Below, one piece after another: positions 31,641 to 43,099 of a stretch of DNA of 64,000 nt. Position numbers and translations under genes: made by a program. Source of the stretch: Limnothrix sp. BL-A-16 (GTDB lineage Bacteria > Cyanobacteriota > Cyanobacteriia > CACIAM-69d); NCBI GenBank assembly GCA_041937175.2, contig CP166615.1, positions 3,808,001 to 3,872,000 of the forward strand. Reading direction: 5' to 3'. Under the pieces are notes generated by a model, which was not told where the DNA came from, ran no database searches, and saw only the letters and a list, made by a program, of their open reading frames with translations. The stretch's first letter is position 1, and each line of letters begins with the position of its first letter.

Positions 31641-32510
31641 CTAGGTCAGCTTCAGGGCATCGTAACTACCGAACACTTTCAAGGTTTCTACCCGATCGCG
31701 CAGTTCTGCCAATGCCGCCTGGGTGCGAGCTTCCTGTTGCCCCGCTTCCAAATCTAAGAAAAACACATAATCCCCCAGGCCGCGCTTGGAGGGACGAGAT
31801 TCAATGCGACAAAGATTAATATCCCGTTCCGCCAGGGTGGCCAGGGGCTGCAACAGAGAGCCGGGTTGATTAATGGTTGAAAAGGCGATCGCCGTGTGGC
31901 TACCGGTGAGGTGCGCCGGTTCCCGGGCAATGACCCAAAACCGGGTGCAATTGTCCGGGCAGTCACTGATATCGCGAGCCAAAACGGGCAAATCGTACAG
32001 TTGGGCCGCTCGCTCCGAGGAAATGGCAGCGGTTTGGGGCTGTTCCTGCACGTTGGTCAAGGCTTCGGCGGTGGAATTGGTGGGCAGGGGCTTGGCGTTG
32101 GGCAAATGGGTTTCGATCCAGCGCTGACATTGAGCCAGGGCTTGGGGATGGGAATAGACCGTGGTGATGGCCTTTAGGTCTGGGGCTTGGGTCACCAGCA
32201 CATGGGCGATCGGGAGCAACACCGCTTGTTGCACATGTAATCCCTCCAGTTGCCAAAGGGTGTCGAGGGTGGTGGTGACGCTGCCTTGGATGGAATTTTC
32301 CACGGGCACAACGACCAGGGGCACTTCACCGCTGGCGGCCGCTTCCAGGGTTTTGGCAATGCTGGGATAGGGGCGAAATTCCCCTAGGAAGGATTCCTGG
32401 CTCGATCGCCATTGGGCATAGCCGGTGGTGGCGGCCTCGGCATAGGTTCCCGCTGGGCCAAGGTAGCCAATTGTGATCGGGTGGGGGGAATCGGTCATCG
32501 CCATAGCCAT
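31641..32510 (-). CDS. pheA: Prephenate dehydratase
   Basis: YLGPAGTY, VPVENSIQG, SHPQALAQC, NCTRF, IESRP (ACT domain). Confidence 0.95.
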   Translation of the reverse strand: MAMAMTDSPHPITIGYLGPAGTYAEAATTGYAQWRSSQESFLGEFRPYPSIAKTLEAAASGEVPLVVVPVENSIQGSVTTTLDTLWQLEGLHVQQAVLLPIAHVLVTQAPDLKAITTVYSHPQALAQCQRWIETHLPNAKPLPTNSTAEALTNVQEQPQTAAISSERAAQLYDLPVLARDISDCPDNCTRFWVIAREPAHLTGSHTAIAFSTINQPGSLLQPLATLAERDINLCRIESRPSKRGLGDYVFFLDLEAGQQEARTQAALAELRDRVETLKVFGSYDALKLT

Positions 32511-32952
32511 CGCCAGAATATGGGGTGTGGAATTCGGTATGCGGAATTAGGGAGTTGCAGGGTGCGGCCCCAGCAGCGGGCATCAAGAACCGTTGATTAA
32601 CCCTTGCAGATAGTTCTCAGAATACGATTTCCAGATCCCGACTGTGCCGGTTGATGCGCCCAGTCCCGGGCCGGATTTGAGCGAACCGATCGCCCCGGGG
32701 CCACAGCTTCCGGAACGACGGGCAGCGGGTTCGGGCGATCGAGAGGTTCGGTTGGTCGCCCCCCTGCTGATCGCCCAAACCGGTATGATGGAATGCATTG
32801 GGTAGCGTTAAGTCATGCTTAGTCCCCAAATTTTGGGTCTAATCGGGTCTAGTCCTTGTAAACCGCTGTTAAAGGTGCTGTCCTGTGGCGATCGCCCGGC
32901 GGTGACCACCGTTGCCCAAGGGTGAGTTGAACCTAACGCGGAGACTTTTTCG

Positions 32953-33546
32953 GTGGCTGCTGGCTTCTTTGCCTCACAGACGATCGATATGCCGGTGCCG
33001 CCAATGCGTCGCTCGATCGCTGAATATCTGCGTCAGCCGCACCGGGTCGCGTTGGCGGTGGCCCAGCCCGGGCGCGTGGTGGCCCTGGGGGGCGATCGCT
33101 ATCGGCTTTCGGTGCAACCCCTCACCTTTGCCCATTTGCAGTTTCAACCCGTGGTGGATTTGCGGGTTTGGACCGACGAAGCAGGCGTGGTGCGGATGCG
33201 ATCGGTCGGTTGCGAGCTGGTGGGTCTCAAGGAGCTGGGCAACGGCCTTTCCCTGGAGTTGGTGGGCCAAGTGCGAGCCATTAGCACCTCGGCGGGCGAT
33301 CGCCTGAAGGGTGTAGTGGATCTAAAGGTGCGCGTGAAATTGCCCCCACCGGTTGATCGCTTGCCGGCCACCACGGTTCAGTCCACCGGCCAACTGCTGT
33401 TGGCCCAAGTGCTGGCAAGCATGAAGCAGCGCCTGGTAGAACAGTTGAGTGCTGACTATCGCCGTTGGGCCACGGAGTCCACCTCCGTCTCGCTGCCCCA
33501 GCGCTCTGCCCCAGGCTTGAATGCCGCCCGCCGCAAAAAACCATGA
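32953..33546 (+). CDS. DUF1997-like protein
   Basis: IAEYLRQPHR and MKQRLVEQLSADYRRW patterns; ATGA overlap with cobM. Confidence 0.75.
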   Translation: MAAGFFASQTIDMPVPPMRRSIAEYLRQPHRVALAVAQPGRVVALGGDRYRLSVQPLTFAHLQFQPVVDLRVWTDEAGVVRMRSVGCELVGLKELGNGLSLELVGQVRAISTSAGDRLKGVVDLKVRVKLPPPVDRLPATTVQSTGQLLLAQVLASMKQRLVEQLSADYRRWATESTSVSLPQRSAPGLNAARRKKP

Positions 33547-34385
33547 CCTCTGATTCCAGCGTTGCGATCGATCCCATCACCCCTTTGCCCGAGTCGGCCC
33601 TCGATCGCCCCGCCACCGTGCGAATTGTGGGCGCGGGGCCCGGTGACCCCGACCTGATTTCCGTGCGAGGTCAAAAACTCCTGGCGGCAGCGGATACGGT
33701 CTTTTGGGCTGGCTCCCTCGTGCCGGAAGCGATGTTGGGCCATTGCCGGCCCGAGGTGGAAGCGATCGACACCCGATCGCTTGTCTTGGAAGATTGGTTG
33801 CCCACCTTGATCGATCGGGCCCGCGCCGGAAAACAGGTGGTGCGGCTGCAAGACGGCGACCCCTCCCTCTATGGCGCACTCCATGAAGTGGTGGCCCAAC
33901 TGTTGGAGCAAGAAATTCCCTTTGAAGTGGTGCCCGGAATCAGCGCCTTCCAAGCGGCCGCCGCCCGTTTGGCCGTAGAGCTGACCGTGCCCAACCTGGT
34001 ACAAAGCATCATCCTCACCCGGGCCCGGGGCGAAACCCAAGTGCCCGAGGCGGAAGACCTGGCCAGCCTGGCCGCCCACAAAGCCAGCCTTTGTCTATAC
34101 CTGAGTGCCCACCATGCCCAGCGGGCCCAAGACCAGCTCGCGGCCCATTACCCACCGGAGATGACCATCGCGGTTTGCTACCGGATTGGGTGGGAGGATG
34201 AGCGAGTGGTGCTCTGCCGGTTGGATGAGTTGGCCAGCATCACCCACCAGGAAAACCTAACTCGCACTGTTCTTTATGTGATTAGTCCGGCCCTGGATGC
34301 CATGACCACGGCCACCACCGCCCGATCGCGCCTTTACAGCGGCGATCACCGCCACATTTTCCGCCCCAAGGCCAGCCAAGCCTAG
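33543..34385 (+). CDS. cobM: Precorrin-4/cobalt-precorrin-4 C11-methyltransferase
   Basis: VGAGPGDPDLI, RLQDGDPSLYGA, VPGISAF, RSRLY. Confidence 0.93.
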   Translation: MTSDSSVAIDPITPLPESALDRPATVRIVGAGPGDPDLISVRGQKLLAAADTVFWAGSLVPEAMLGHCRPEVEAIDTRSLVLEDWLPTLIDRARAGKQVVRLQDGDPSLYGALHEVVAQLLEQEIPFEVVPGISAFQAAAARLAVELTVPNLVQSIILTRARGETQVPEAEDLASLAAHKASLCLYLSAHHAQRAQDQLAAHYPPEMTIAVCYRIGWEDERVVLCRLDELASITHQENLTRTVLYVISPALDAMTTATTARSRLYSGDHRHIFRPKASQA

Positions 34386-34699
34386 ATCTTAGGGGATCAA
34401 CCACGATGCCATAACTGGAATGGGTATCGCCCAGCAGCAATCGATCTTCGGGTATTGCTGGAATTCAGTAATGATGGGCTAGGGTAAACAGGAATAAACT
34501 GAAAAGGCTTCAGTTATTGAAAAATAGCTGAAAAATTCTGGACAGCGTAGACCTTACCAGCTAGCGGATCAACCACAATTCCATAGCCAAAATGGGTGTA
34601 GTCCGGACGATCGCCAGCCACTGACCAGGGGCTATTCGCGACGGAAAGCGATTGGGCGATTGCCTGGGTTGACGCATCAGTTCAGAGGCTCCGTTTTGC

Positions 34700-37600
34700 T
34701 TAGGAAGCCTTCAGCGGGGCTTCGGGCAATGCGCCCTGCATTCGGCTCAGCCAATCGATCAAATTATCCAGTTGCTGTTCCGGTTTGACCACGCCCAAAC
34801 CGCGCACCATTACTTTTTTGGGCATGTAAACAAAGCGCGATCGCAGGTGGTCGGGCAGGTTTTCGGCTAACAGTTTCCAAGCCGGTTCTTCCATCGGTGT
34901 TTCCAGAATCACATGCTGCTTGTTCTCGATTCGGATTCGTGAGAAGCCCAGCTTTTTGGCCGTTTGCTTCAGTTCCATCACCCGCAAAAGCTGCAAACAA
35001 GCGGGCGGAATTGGGCCGTAGCGATCGCTCCAGTCGGCAGCGATTTCCGTGAGTTCCCGTTTGGTACTGGCGGCGGCAACCGATCGATAGGCGCTCATCT
35101 TCTGTTCCAGATCGGGAATGTAATCGTTGGGGATAAAGGCCGTCAGGTGCAAATCGATTTGGGTGTCGTCCACTTGCGGGATTTCTTGGCCACGGATTTC
35201 ATCGATCGCCTCTTGCAACATTTCCATGTAGAGATCAAAGCCGATCGCTTCCATTTGTCCCGATTGTTCGGCTCCCAACAAGTTACCCACGCCGCGAATT
35301 TCCATGTCGCGCATTGCTAACTGATAGCCCGATCCCAGTTGGGTAAATTCCTGGATCGCGCGCAGTCGTTTGCGGGCAGCTTCTGATAGTAATCCCTGGC
35401 GGTTATAGAACAACCAAGCATGGGCTTGCACTCCGGCTCGACCGACGCGGCCGCGCAATTGGTAGAGCTGAGAGAGTCCGAATTTTTCCGCATCTTCAAT
35501 CAAGATTGTGTTGACGCGGGGAATATCCAAGCCCGATTCCACAATTGTCGTACAGACCAAAATATCCGCTTCGCCACTGCCAAAGGACAGCATCGTGGCT
35601 TCCAATTCGCCCTCGTCCATTTGCCCATGGGCGATCGCAATTCGCAGGCTGGGAACCAGTTCCACCAATTGCGTTGCTACCTTTTCAATGCCTTCCACCC
35701 GAGGGACGACGTAGAAAATTTGCCCACCCCGATCGAGTTCTTGCCGAATGGCCGATCGCACCGCTTCCGGGTCGTAGGGAGCCAGGTGGGTTTGAATCGG
35801 GCGGCGGTTAGGCGGCGGAGTCGTAATCAAGCTCATTTCTCGAATGCCCGACAGCGCCATATAAAGCGTCCGTGGAATCGGCGTGGCGCTGAGAGTCAAC
35901 ACATCCACTTGGGTTTTCAGGGCTTTGATTTTCTCCTTTTGATTCACCCCAAATCGCTGTTCTTCATCAACTACTAAAAGACCCAAATCTTTAAATTGGG
36001 TGGATTTGCTCAACAGAGCATGGGTTCCCACCACAATATCCAATTCTCCGGTAGCCAAACGCCGTTGAATTTCCTTGCGTTCTTGGGGCGATCGAAACCG
36101 ATTCATTAGCCCAATTTGAATCGGATAGGGGGCAAAACGTTCTTTTAAGGTGTGGTAATGCTGTTGGGTCAAAATCGTGGTGGGAGCCAGCAGGGCGCAT
36201 TGTTTCCCGGCAGTAACGGCCTTGAAAATGGCGCGCACAGCCACTTCCGTTTTACCAAACCCCACATCACCACAGACTAAGCGATCCATGGGGCGATCGC
36301 TTTCCATGTCCCGTTTTACGTCCTGGGTTGCCTTCAGTTGATCCGGCGTGGGTTGGTAGGGAAATGAATCCTCTAGCTCCTGTTGCCAAGGCATATCCGG
36401 CGGCAGGGCCACGCCCCGTTGTTCCGATCGCGCCGCATATAATTGCAGCAAGTCCACCGCCAATTTCTTGATCGTTTTGCGGACTTTCGCTTTTGTTTTT
36501 TCCCAGTTTTTCCCGGTCATCCGATGCAGTTCGGGCGGGCTATCTTGGGTGCGACGATAGCGCGATAGGCTACCCACTTGATCGGCAGCAACCCGCAGCA
36601 ACCCATCGGCGTATTGCAACACCAAATATTCGCGGGTTTGGTTGTCAAAAACGATTTTTTCGAGCTTCAAAAAGCGCCCAATCCCGTGGTTACGATGCAC
36701 CACATAATCACCGGGCGAAAGCTTGTTCGGATCCACCTGTTTGGAGGTGGCGCGGCGGCGTTTGCGCACATAGCCGGGCGTGGCCAAGGCGTGCTGACCA
36801 AAGAACTCCCGATCGGTCAGCACCGTGATCCGATAGGTGGGCAGCACAAAGCCTTCGAGTTCCGCCAAACCGGAATATTTGACCGCCACCGGGGTGTGGT
36901 TGCCCTGGAGCCGATCGATCGCCTGGAAATCGCGCGGGCTGGGCACAAACTGAGCCGGACAATCATGCTCTTGCAGCAGGGCCACGGAGCGGCTGGGCTG
37001 GGCCGACAGCAACCAAATGGCGAATTTGCGATCGACCTCGCCGCGAATGAAATCCGCCAACTTGCTGAACTGGTGTGGTGTGGGCGGCACGGGCCGGGAA
37101 GCCAAATTAATCGGCCGGGGCGGGTTAGCAATCAAGGGCGACACCACCTCCGTGGCCAGCTCGCTCAGAAAGAACCGATCGAACCGATCGAGCGCCGTCA
37201 ACACCTCACTAAAGGTGCGATGAATCGGGCGCAGGGGTTCCCCGTGGGGCAAGCTGTCCGGGTGTTGATTGACGATCGCCCAATGCTCGCCTACCTGCTC
37301 CACCCAGCGATCGGCATGGGCCCCGCAATGGTCGATCTCATCGATCGCCACAATCGTCCCCTCGGGCAAATAGTCCAGCAAGCAGGCCGGTTGCTCAAAG
37401 GCTCGCCCCAACAGCCGCCGCACCCCTTCCGCGTCCGATCGCAACTCCGCTTCCGCCTCCGGTTCGTCCACGGGTTCCGGCTCCCAACCCAAGGCCGCCC
37501 GCACGATCGGCCCAAAATCCGTCGGAGTCAGCACCACCCGCGCCACCGGATCGAGCGATCGTTGATTCGACGGGTCAAACTCCCGAATCCGCTCCAAAGC

Positions 37601-38215
37601 GTCGCCAAACCACTCCAACCGCACCGGTAATTCCGATGACACCGGAAACACATCGATGATGTCGCCGCGCTGGCTCCACTGGCCCTCCGTTTCCACCAGA
37701 GACACCCGCTCATAGCCCAGCCGCGCCAGTTTGCGCCCCAAATCGCCCAAATCTGACTCCGCGCCGGGTTCCAGATTGATGCAATAGGGATCAAACGCCG
37801 CCACGGGAGGCAGGTGTGGTTGCAACGCCCGCTCCGTGGTGACAATCACGATCGGCTTGGGGTCACTGTGAAGCGATCGCCCCCGCAAGTCCGCCAACAC
37901 CTGCAACTGACCCCAGAGGGTTTCCTGCTCCGGGTCAAAGGGTTCGTAGGGCGAGGCTTCCGAGGTGGGATAAAAATGCAGCGCCCCAAAGCCCATCTCT
38001 TCCATTTGGGCGGCCCAGCGGCTGGCTTCCTCCAGCGTCGCCGTGACCACCAGCAGCGATCGCCCCCGGGCCTGGGCCAAGGCCGAAATCGTGAAGGCCT
38101 TGGGCAACTGGGCCGCGCCGCTAAAAATCAACTGGCGATCGCGATCGAGCCGTCCTAAGAACTCCTCCGTCAAGGGAGACCGCTGCAAAGCACGCACGAT
38201 CGACGCAAAAGCCAT
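34700..38215 (-). CDS. mfd: Transcription-repair coupling factor
   Basis: [39 protein letters not shown]-terminal TRCF domain. Confidence 0.98.
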   Translation of the reverse strand: MAFASIVRALQRSPLTEEFLGRLDRDRQLIFSGAAQLPKAFTISALAQARGRSLLVVTATLEEASRWAAQMEEMGFGALHFYPTSEASPYEPFDPEQETLWGQLQVLADLRGRSLHSDPKPIVIVTTERALQPHLPPVAAFDPYCINLEPGAESDLGDLGRKLARLGYERVSLVETEGQWSQRGDIIDVFPVSSELPVRLEWFGDALERIREFDPSNQRSLDPVARVVLTPTDFGPIVRAALGWEPEPVDEPEAEAELRSDAEGVRRLLGRAFEQPACLLDYLPEGTIVAIDEIDHCGAHADRWVEQVGEHWAIVNQHPDSLPHGEPLRPIHRTFSEVLTALDRFDRFFLSELATEVVSPLIANPPRPINLASRPVPPTPHQFSKLADFIRGEVDRKFAIWLLSAQPSRSVALLQEHDCPAQFVPSPRDFQAIDRLQGNHTPVAVKYSGLAELEGFVLPTYRITVLTDREFFGQHALATPGYVRKRRRATSKQVDPNKLSPGDYVVHRNHGIGRFLKLEKIVFDNQTREYLVLQYADGLLRVAADQVGSLSRYRRTQDSPPELHRMTGKNWEKTKAKVRKTIKKLAVDLLQLYAARSEQRGVALPPDMPWQQELEDSFPYQPTPDQLKATQDVKRDMESDRPMDRLVCGDVGFGKTEVAVRAIFKAVTAGKQCALLAPTTILTQQHYHTLKERFAPYPIQIGLMNRFRSPQERKEIQRRLATGELDIVVGTHALLSKSTQFKDLGLLVVDEEQRFGVNQKEKIKALKTQVDVLTLSATPIPRTLYMALSGIREMSLITTPPPNRRPIQTHLAPYDPEAVRSAIRQELDRGGQIFYVVPRVEGIEKVATQLVELVPSLRIAIAHGQMDEGELEATMLSFGSGEADILVCTTIVESGLDIPRVNTILIEDAEKFGLSQLYQLRGRVGRAGVQAHAWLFYNRQGLLSEAARKRLRAIQEFTQLGSGYQLAMRDMEIRGVGNLLGAEQSGQMEAIGFDLYMEMLQEAIDEIRGQEIPQVDDTQIDLHLTAFIPNDYIPDLEQKMSAYRSVAAASTKRELTEIAADWSDRYGPIPPACLQLLRVMELKQTAKKLGFSRIRIENKQHVILETPMEEPAWKLLAENLPDHLRSRFVYMPKKVMVRGLGVVKPEQQLDNLIDWLSRMQGALPEAPLKAS

Positions 38216-38428
38216 AATCCAGACCCCTTAAAACCTGAGCAACGCGCCCAAAGCCCCCACCACAGGAAAATTGTGGCGTTTTTGCAGCGCTAGCGTGAAT
38301 GGTTAACCCCTCTGATTCTAGGAGGTTGTTGGGTACATTTACCGACCGGGCGATCGGGCCCCGATCGCCTGTCTCTCATCAAAATCCTTGATTCGGCATA
38401 ATTGGCTTAAATCTCGCCTTTCTGACTC

Positions 38429-40954
38429 GTGATGCCGAACGAATCTGCTGCGCCTCAGCCGGAACCCAAGCAGGACGAAAAAGACCCAGAATCAAAGTTG
38501 GCCGAACAGACCACCAAGGACAAAGACGACACCGCCAAGGATTCTCAATCTGCCGAGCTAGCCAACAAGGACAGAGACAAGGATGCTGAAGCCGCTGCCC
38601 AACATTGGGTGGTGCAAGTCATTAAGACTCTGGGTGGCGGTGGATGGTTTGTCTTTGTTGTGTTGCGACAAGACTGGGCTTTGGCAGGAATCACTTTCCT
38701 AGTTTTGATCGCGAGGACAGCATGGAAGGGCTACACCAAAAGTGTTCTGAGTCGCGTCTCGGAACTGGCGGGGGCGAGGGGGCTAGCTCACGTGGACACC
38801 TTGGTGGGTTGGGCAAAAATCGCCAATCAAAGCCTGACCGAAACGATCAAATGGCGGCTATCAGGGTTTGAGGTCAAATATCTGGAATGCCAGGGTTGGG
38901 CTTGTCTGCGTGATGATCCGCTCGGGCTAGATCGAGTGGGTGATGGTGTAATCCGTCCATTGTTACAAGAGATTTTTGTGCCCTTGGAGCTGACCATTAA
39001 TCCACAGCTTGGGGGCTATGCCGAGCAGCAAAAAAGGCTCAAGCGGCAGTTAAGAAAGCAACAAAAGTTTTCTGACCAAAACCTAGGGATGCAAGAGGCT
39101 TGCATTCAATCAATTTGGGATTTGCTGAAACAAGTTAAGCACGATCCGAGCTATCGTCAAATGTTGATTCGGGCTAAGGGCGGCTATGGTAAAACTACGC
39201 TGCTAAAACATTTGACCTATGTTTATTGCCAAAGAAATCGTCAAGTTAGTTATCAACGCTATCGCGCACCCAAGTTCATTCCTTTTTTGATTATTTTGGC
39301 GATCAAAACCAATTGGCAGACGCTTTCCGATGAAAATGCACCGGATTTGCCAGATTTTCTCACCAGGATTCATTTGCCTAGCTTACCCAAGAGCAAAACC
39401 CTAAACCTAAAAGTGCCGCCCAATTGGATTGCGGAACTCTTGGAACAAGGCAAGGCGTTGGTGATGTTCGATGGGTTTGATGAAGTGCCAAAAGATCATC
39501 GCCTGGCCGTTAGCCAATGGATTAACCGGCAAATGCGCGAGTTTCCAGAATCAGTGCTGATTGTCACTTCGCGTCCCGCTGCTTGTTTGGAACATTACAA
39601 CCAGCCTTTGCCTAGTGCTTTGTTGTGGGTGCGGCAGTTTTCAACACAACAACAAGCAAAATTTATTCGGCAGTGGTATAGCTTTCAGGAAGTCAAGGCG
39701 GTTGGTGGGCAAAAAACGCCCGACATTGAGCATCGAATTGAGGAGCGATCGCAGTCCTTAATTGACCAATTACAAGCCAGACCTGAGTTAGCAGATTTGG
39801 CCGGCAATCCGTTGTTGCTGAATATGATGTGTCGCTTCCATAAGGAGCATGGCATAGACGAGCCATTACCCCAACGGCGAGTGGAACTTTATCAAGATAT
39901 TTGCGAGGTGCAAACGGCGCGGCGACCCAAGGAGCGGAACATTCCACTGTGTTTGCGGCCGGCTGAACGCTTGGAAGTGTTGCAAATTTTGGCGCTGGCG
40001 ATGATGCTGCGGGCCAAGCCGGGTGAGGGTGAAAACCCCAATGAGGATGAGAGCCACAAGCAAATCAAAGAGGATGATTTGTTGGATCTGATTGTGCAGC
40101 CGATCGGGGAGCGCGACCCGGAGGCTTCAGCGCGGGACTTTTTACGGCAAATGGTGGAAGTTAGCGAGCTGTTGGTGGAAACTCAAGAAAAGGGAATTTA
40201 TGAGTTTTCGCACCTGAGTTTTCAGGAGTTTTTAGCAGCTAGTGAAGTTGTGCGGCTCAAGCAAGAATCGATCCTGTATGACAAGTTGGCAATTGCTGCT
40301 TGGGAAGCGACAATTTTGCTCTATGGGGAGTTGTCGCCACCTTCAAATTTGATTCGGGAAGCGATGAAACAGCACCCAAACTTAGCCTACAAAATTTATC
40401 AAACCACGGCCAAGCGTCTGGACTTGAACAATGCGGAACGGGCGGAACTGGAACGCCTGAAAAAAACCGTGGCTAGCTCGCGCTACGAGAAGCTAGAAGC
40501 CCTGATGATTGCGGGCGACTGGAAAGGAGCCGACGACGAGACCTATCGGCTGATGATCACCACGGTGGGCAAGGAAGAGGGGCAATGGTTCACGAGTGAG
40601 GAGCTGTTGAATTTTCCCTGTGAGGAGTTGTTGGCCATTGATCGGTTGTGGGTGCAGCACAGCCAAGGTCAGTTTGGCTTTTCGGTGCAAAAGGAGATTT
40701 ACGTGGCCTGTGGGGCCAAGCTGGATGGCAAGTATCCGGGTGATAAGATCTGGGAGGATTTTGCGACGCGAGTGGGATGGCGAGAGCATGACGACTGGAA
40801 GAGCCGAGACGAACTGAAAATGAACCCCCATCTCTCACCTAAAGGAGAATTTCCAAGTAAGGGTCATTATTTTGGTGTGTGGGGGTTTGTGGGTGGGGGG
40901 TTGTTCTCTTCTCTCGCATCGAGACTTGTGAACTGTAGCAGGCCACAGTCGTAG
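38429..40954 (+). CDS. Membrane-anchored NACHT (STAND) NTPase with a C-terminal GUN4 domain
   Basis: TM segments at about aa 60-95; Walker A AKGGYGKTT; Walker B VMFDGFDE; TSRP; NPLLL; FSHLSFQEF; GUN4 WKGADDET...IDRLW..HSQGQFGFSVQ. Confidence 0.9.
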   Translation: MMPNESAAPQPEPKQDEKDPESKLAEQTTKDKDDTAKDSQSAELANKDRDKDAEAAAQHWVVQVIKTLGGGGWFVFVVLRQDWALAGITFLVLIARTAWKGYTKSVLSRVSELAGARGLAHVDTLVGWAKIANQSLTETIKWRLSGFEVKYLECQGWACLRDDPLGLDRVGDGVIRPLLQEIFVPLELTINPQLGGYAEQQKRLKRQLRKQQKFSDQNLGMQEACIQSIWDLLKQVKHDPSYRQMLIRAKGGYGKTTLLKHLTYVYCQRNRQVSYQRYRAPKFIPFLIILAIKTNWQTLSDENAPDLPDFLTRIHLPSLPKSKTLNLKVPPNWIAELLEQGKALVMFDGFDEVPKDHRLAVSQWINRQMREFPESVLIVTSRPAACLEHYNQPLPSALLWVRQFSTQQQAKFIRQWYSFQEVKAVGGQKTPDIEHRIEERSQSLIDQLQARPELADLAGNPLLLNMMCRFHKEHGIDEPLPQRRVELYQDICEVQTARRPKERNIPLCLRPAERLEVLQILALAMMLRAKPGEGENPNEDESHKQIKEDDLLDLIVQPIGERDPEASARDFLRQMVEVSELLVETQEKGIYEFSHLSFQEFLAASEVVRLKQESILYDKLAIAAWEATILLYGELSPPSNLIREAMKQHPNLAYKIYQTTAKRLDLNNAERAELERLKKTVASSRYEKLEALMIAGDWKGADDETYRLMITTVGKEEGQWFTSEELLNFPCEELLAIDRLWVQHSQGQFGFSVQKEIYVACGAKLDGKYPGDKIWEDFATRVGWREHDDWKSRDELKMNPHLSPKGEFPSKGHYFGVWGFVGGGLFSSLASRLVNCSRPQS

Positions 40955-41012
40955 GGTGTGTGGGAGTATGTCACCTTTGTAATGACAACCTCCCGGTCAT
41001 CTCCCACGCACC
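40951..41012. repeat. REP-like GTAG-initiated stem-loop overlapping the GUN4 stop codon
   Basis: GTAGGGTGTGTGGGAG...CTCCCACGCACC outer stem with an inner TGTCA/TGACA stem. Confidence 0.55.
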
Positions 41013-41030
41013 GCAACCGCCGCGCCATCG

Positions 41031-41295
41031 ACGACCATCCCCACGAGTTCGTTGGGCCGCGACATTGCAGCGGTGCGTAGGGCATGAAGGGAGCGTCGGG
41101 AATCAAGGGAGCGTTGCCCTACACACCCTACGGTTTGTCGATTTTTCGCCACCCATGCTGCATTCACGACCATCCCCGATCGGTTGGGCCGCGCTCAATC
41201 CTCGGTGCATAGGAGCGCGAATTAACCCTTTCGTGACCATTGGGGCGTACTCCCATGCACCCTACGGTTGGTCGATTTCCCGCCACCCACGCCGA
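41031..41295. repeat. Two degenerate ~135-bp tandem direct repeats containing REP-like (CCCTAC) ends
   Basis: ACGACCATCCCC at 41031 and 41166; GTTGGGCCGCG in both; CACCCTACGGTT.GTCGATTT..CGCCACCCA at 41124 and 41258. Confidence 0.7.
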
Positions 41296-41481
41296 AGAAA
41301 CGATCGCCCCTGATCGCCTGGGCCGCCACGATCGCCCCAGGCCAGCGGCAACACCCAAGCCACATCGGGGCAAGACGGGATAAGAAGTAGTAGGATTACG
41401 GTGTAAATTTGCCCCCTCTGGGCGATCGCCCGCTTCTTGCCCGGCCGGCAAGCCATCACCGATGTTGTTGTCTCGTCCCGT

Positions 41482-42816
41482 ATGAGTTCTGCCCTTACCG
41501 AACTGGCGATCGTTGCGGCCTTGACGGTTGCGAACGGGATTTTTTCAATGTCGGAAATGGCGATCGTCTCGTCGCGCAAGACGCGCCTGCAAAACCGGGC
41601 GGAACGGGGCGATCGAGCGGCCCGCGCAGCCCTGGCCCTGGCGGAATCGCCCAACCAGTTTTTATCCACCATCCAAATCGGCATCACCCTGATCGGCATC
41701 CTGACGGGGACTTTTGGGGGCGCTTCCTTGTCGGCGGAGTTGCGGCCCATCCTGGAAGCCGTGCCGCCATTAGCCCCCATGAGCGGGGCCCTGTCGGTGG
41801 TGATTACCGTGGCGGGCATTACCTACCTCTCGTTGGTGGTGGGCGAGCTGGTTCCCAAGCGGCTGGCCCTGGGCAATCCGGAACAGATTGCGGCCAATGT
41901 GGCGCTACCGATGCGGTGGTTGTCGTGGATTACGGCCCCGGTGGTCTATTTGTTGAGCCATTCCACGGATCTGATTGTGCGATCGCTCGGAACCACGGTT
42001 TCCAGCGAGCCGCAGGTGACGGAAGAAGAAATTAAGCTGCTGTTGCAACAGGGCACGGAAGCGGGCACGGTCGAAGAAGCCGAGCAGGAAATTGTAGAGC
42101 GGGTGTTGTCTCTGGGCGATCGCCCCGTCAGTTCCGTGATGACTTCCCGCCGAGAGGTGGTGTGGCTGGATTTGGATGCGCCTTTGCACGAGACGATCGA
42201 ACAAATCATCAACAGCCACCACCAGCGATTCCCCGTCTGTCGCGACAGTTTGGATGAGGTCGTTGGGTTCATTCAGGTGAACGACCTGTTGGCCCAAACC
42301 CTGATGAATCAGACCCTGAATTTAACGGATTGTCTGCGTCAGCCGTTGATTGTGCCGGAAACCACGGGCACGTTGCGGATTTTGGAAATGTTCCGCGAAA
42401 CGGGTCTGCATATTGCCTTGGTGGTGGATGAGTACGGCGTGGTGCAAGGGTTGGTGACGATCAACGACATGCTCGAAGCGATCGTGGGCGACCTGACCGA
42501 TGTGGATGAGGAAGACACGCCCAAGGTGGTGCAGCGGGAGGATGGTTCCTGGCTGGTGGATGGGATGTTGGCGATCGAGCGGATGCGCGATGAATTGGAT
42601 ATGGCTGAACTGCCCGGTGAGCGGGAAGGGCGCTACCAAACCGTGGCGGGCTTCGTGATTGCTTCGTTGGGCCACATTCCCAAGGCTACGGATACGTTTC
42701 ACTGGAATGGCTTCCGGTTTGAGGTGGTGGATATGGACGGCAACCGGGTTGATAAAATCCTGGTTTCCAAACCCAGCACGGCTCCCAGCACTTCAGAGCC
42801 GCCCACGGCTGATTAA
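41482..42816 (+). CDS. Hemolysin-family CNNM/CBS/CorC_HlyC protein
   Basis: NGIFSMSEMAIVS, GELVPKRLAL, CBS pair with VVDEYG, FEVVDMDGNRVDK. Confidence 0.93.
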   Translation: MSSALTELAIVAALTVANGIFSMSEMAIVSSRKTRLQNRAERGDRAARAALALAESPNQFLSTIQIGITLIGILTGTFGGASLSAELRPILEAVPPLAPMSGALSVVITVAGITYLSLVVGELVPKRLALGNPEQIAANVALPMRWLSWITAPVVYLLSHSTDLIVRSLGTTVSSEPQVTEEEIKLLLQQGTEAGTVEEAEQEIVERVLSLGDRPVSSVMTSRREVVWLDLDAPLHETIEQIINSHHQRFPVCRDSLDEVVGFIQVNDLLAQTLMNQTLNLTDCLRQPLIVPETTGTLRILEMFRETGLHIALVVDEYGVVQGLVTINDMLEAIVGDLTDVDEEDTPKVVQREDGSWLVDGMLAIERMRDELDMAELPGEREGRYQTVAGFVIASLGHIPKATDTFHWNGFRFEVVDMDGNRVDKILVSKPSTAPSTSEPPTAD

Positions 42817-43099
42817 GGGAAGCACGACCTCAGAATCACGCTTAAATCACTTAAATACCTTTGGGCCGAGGGCGATCGCGCTGGGCAACTGTCACAGTGT
42901 CTTGATGGGATGGGCGGTTTTATTGGGGTCGATCCAGGTGCATTGGCCAGGTGTATTGGGTTGACCAGTTGGTCAGCGGGTTGATGAACGGATTGATCGC
43001 GAATCGAGCACTCCAACCGTGATCGACTTCGAGATTTTTTGATTAATTTCGATCGACCCATTTCCCGATCGACCCATTTCCCGATCGGGCAACTTTCGC

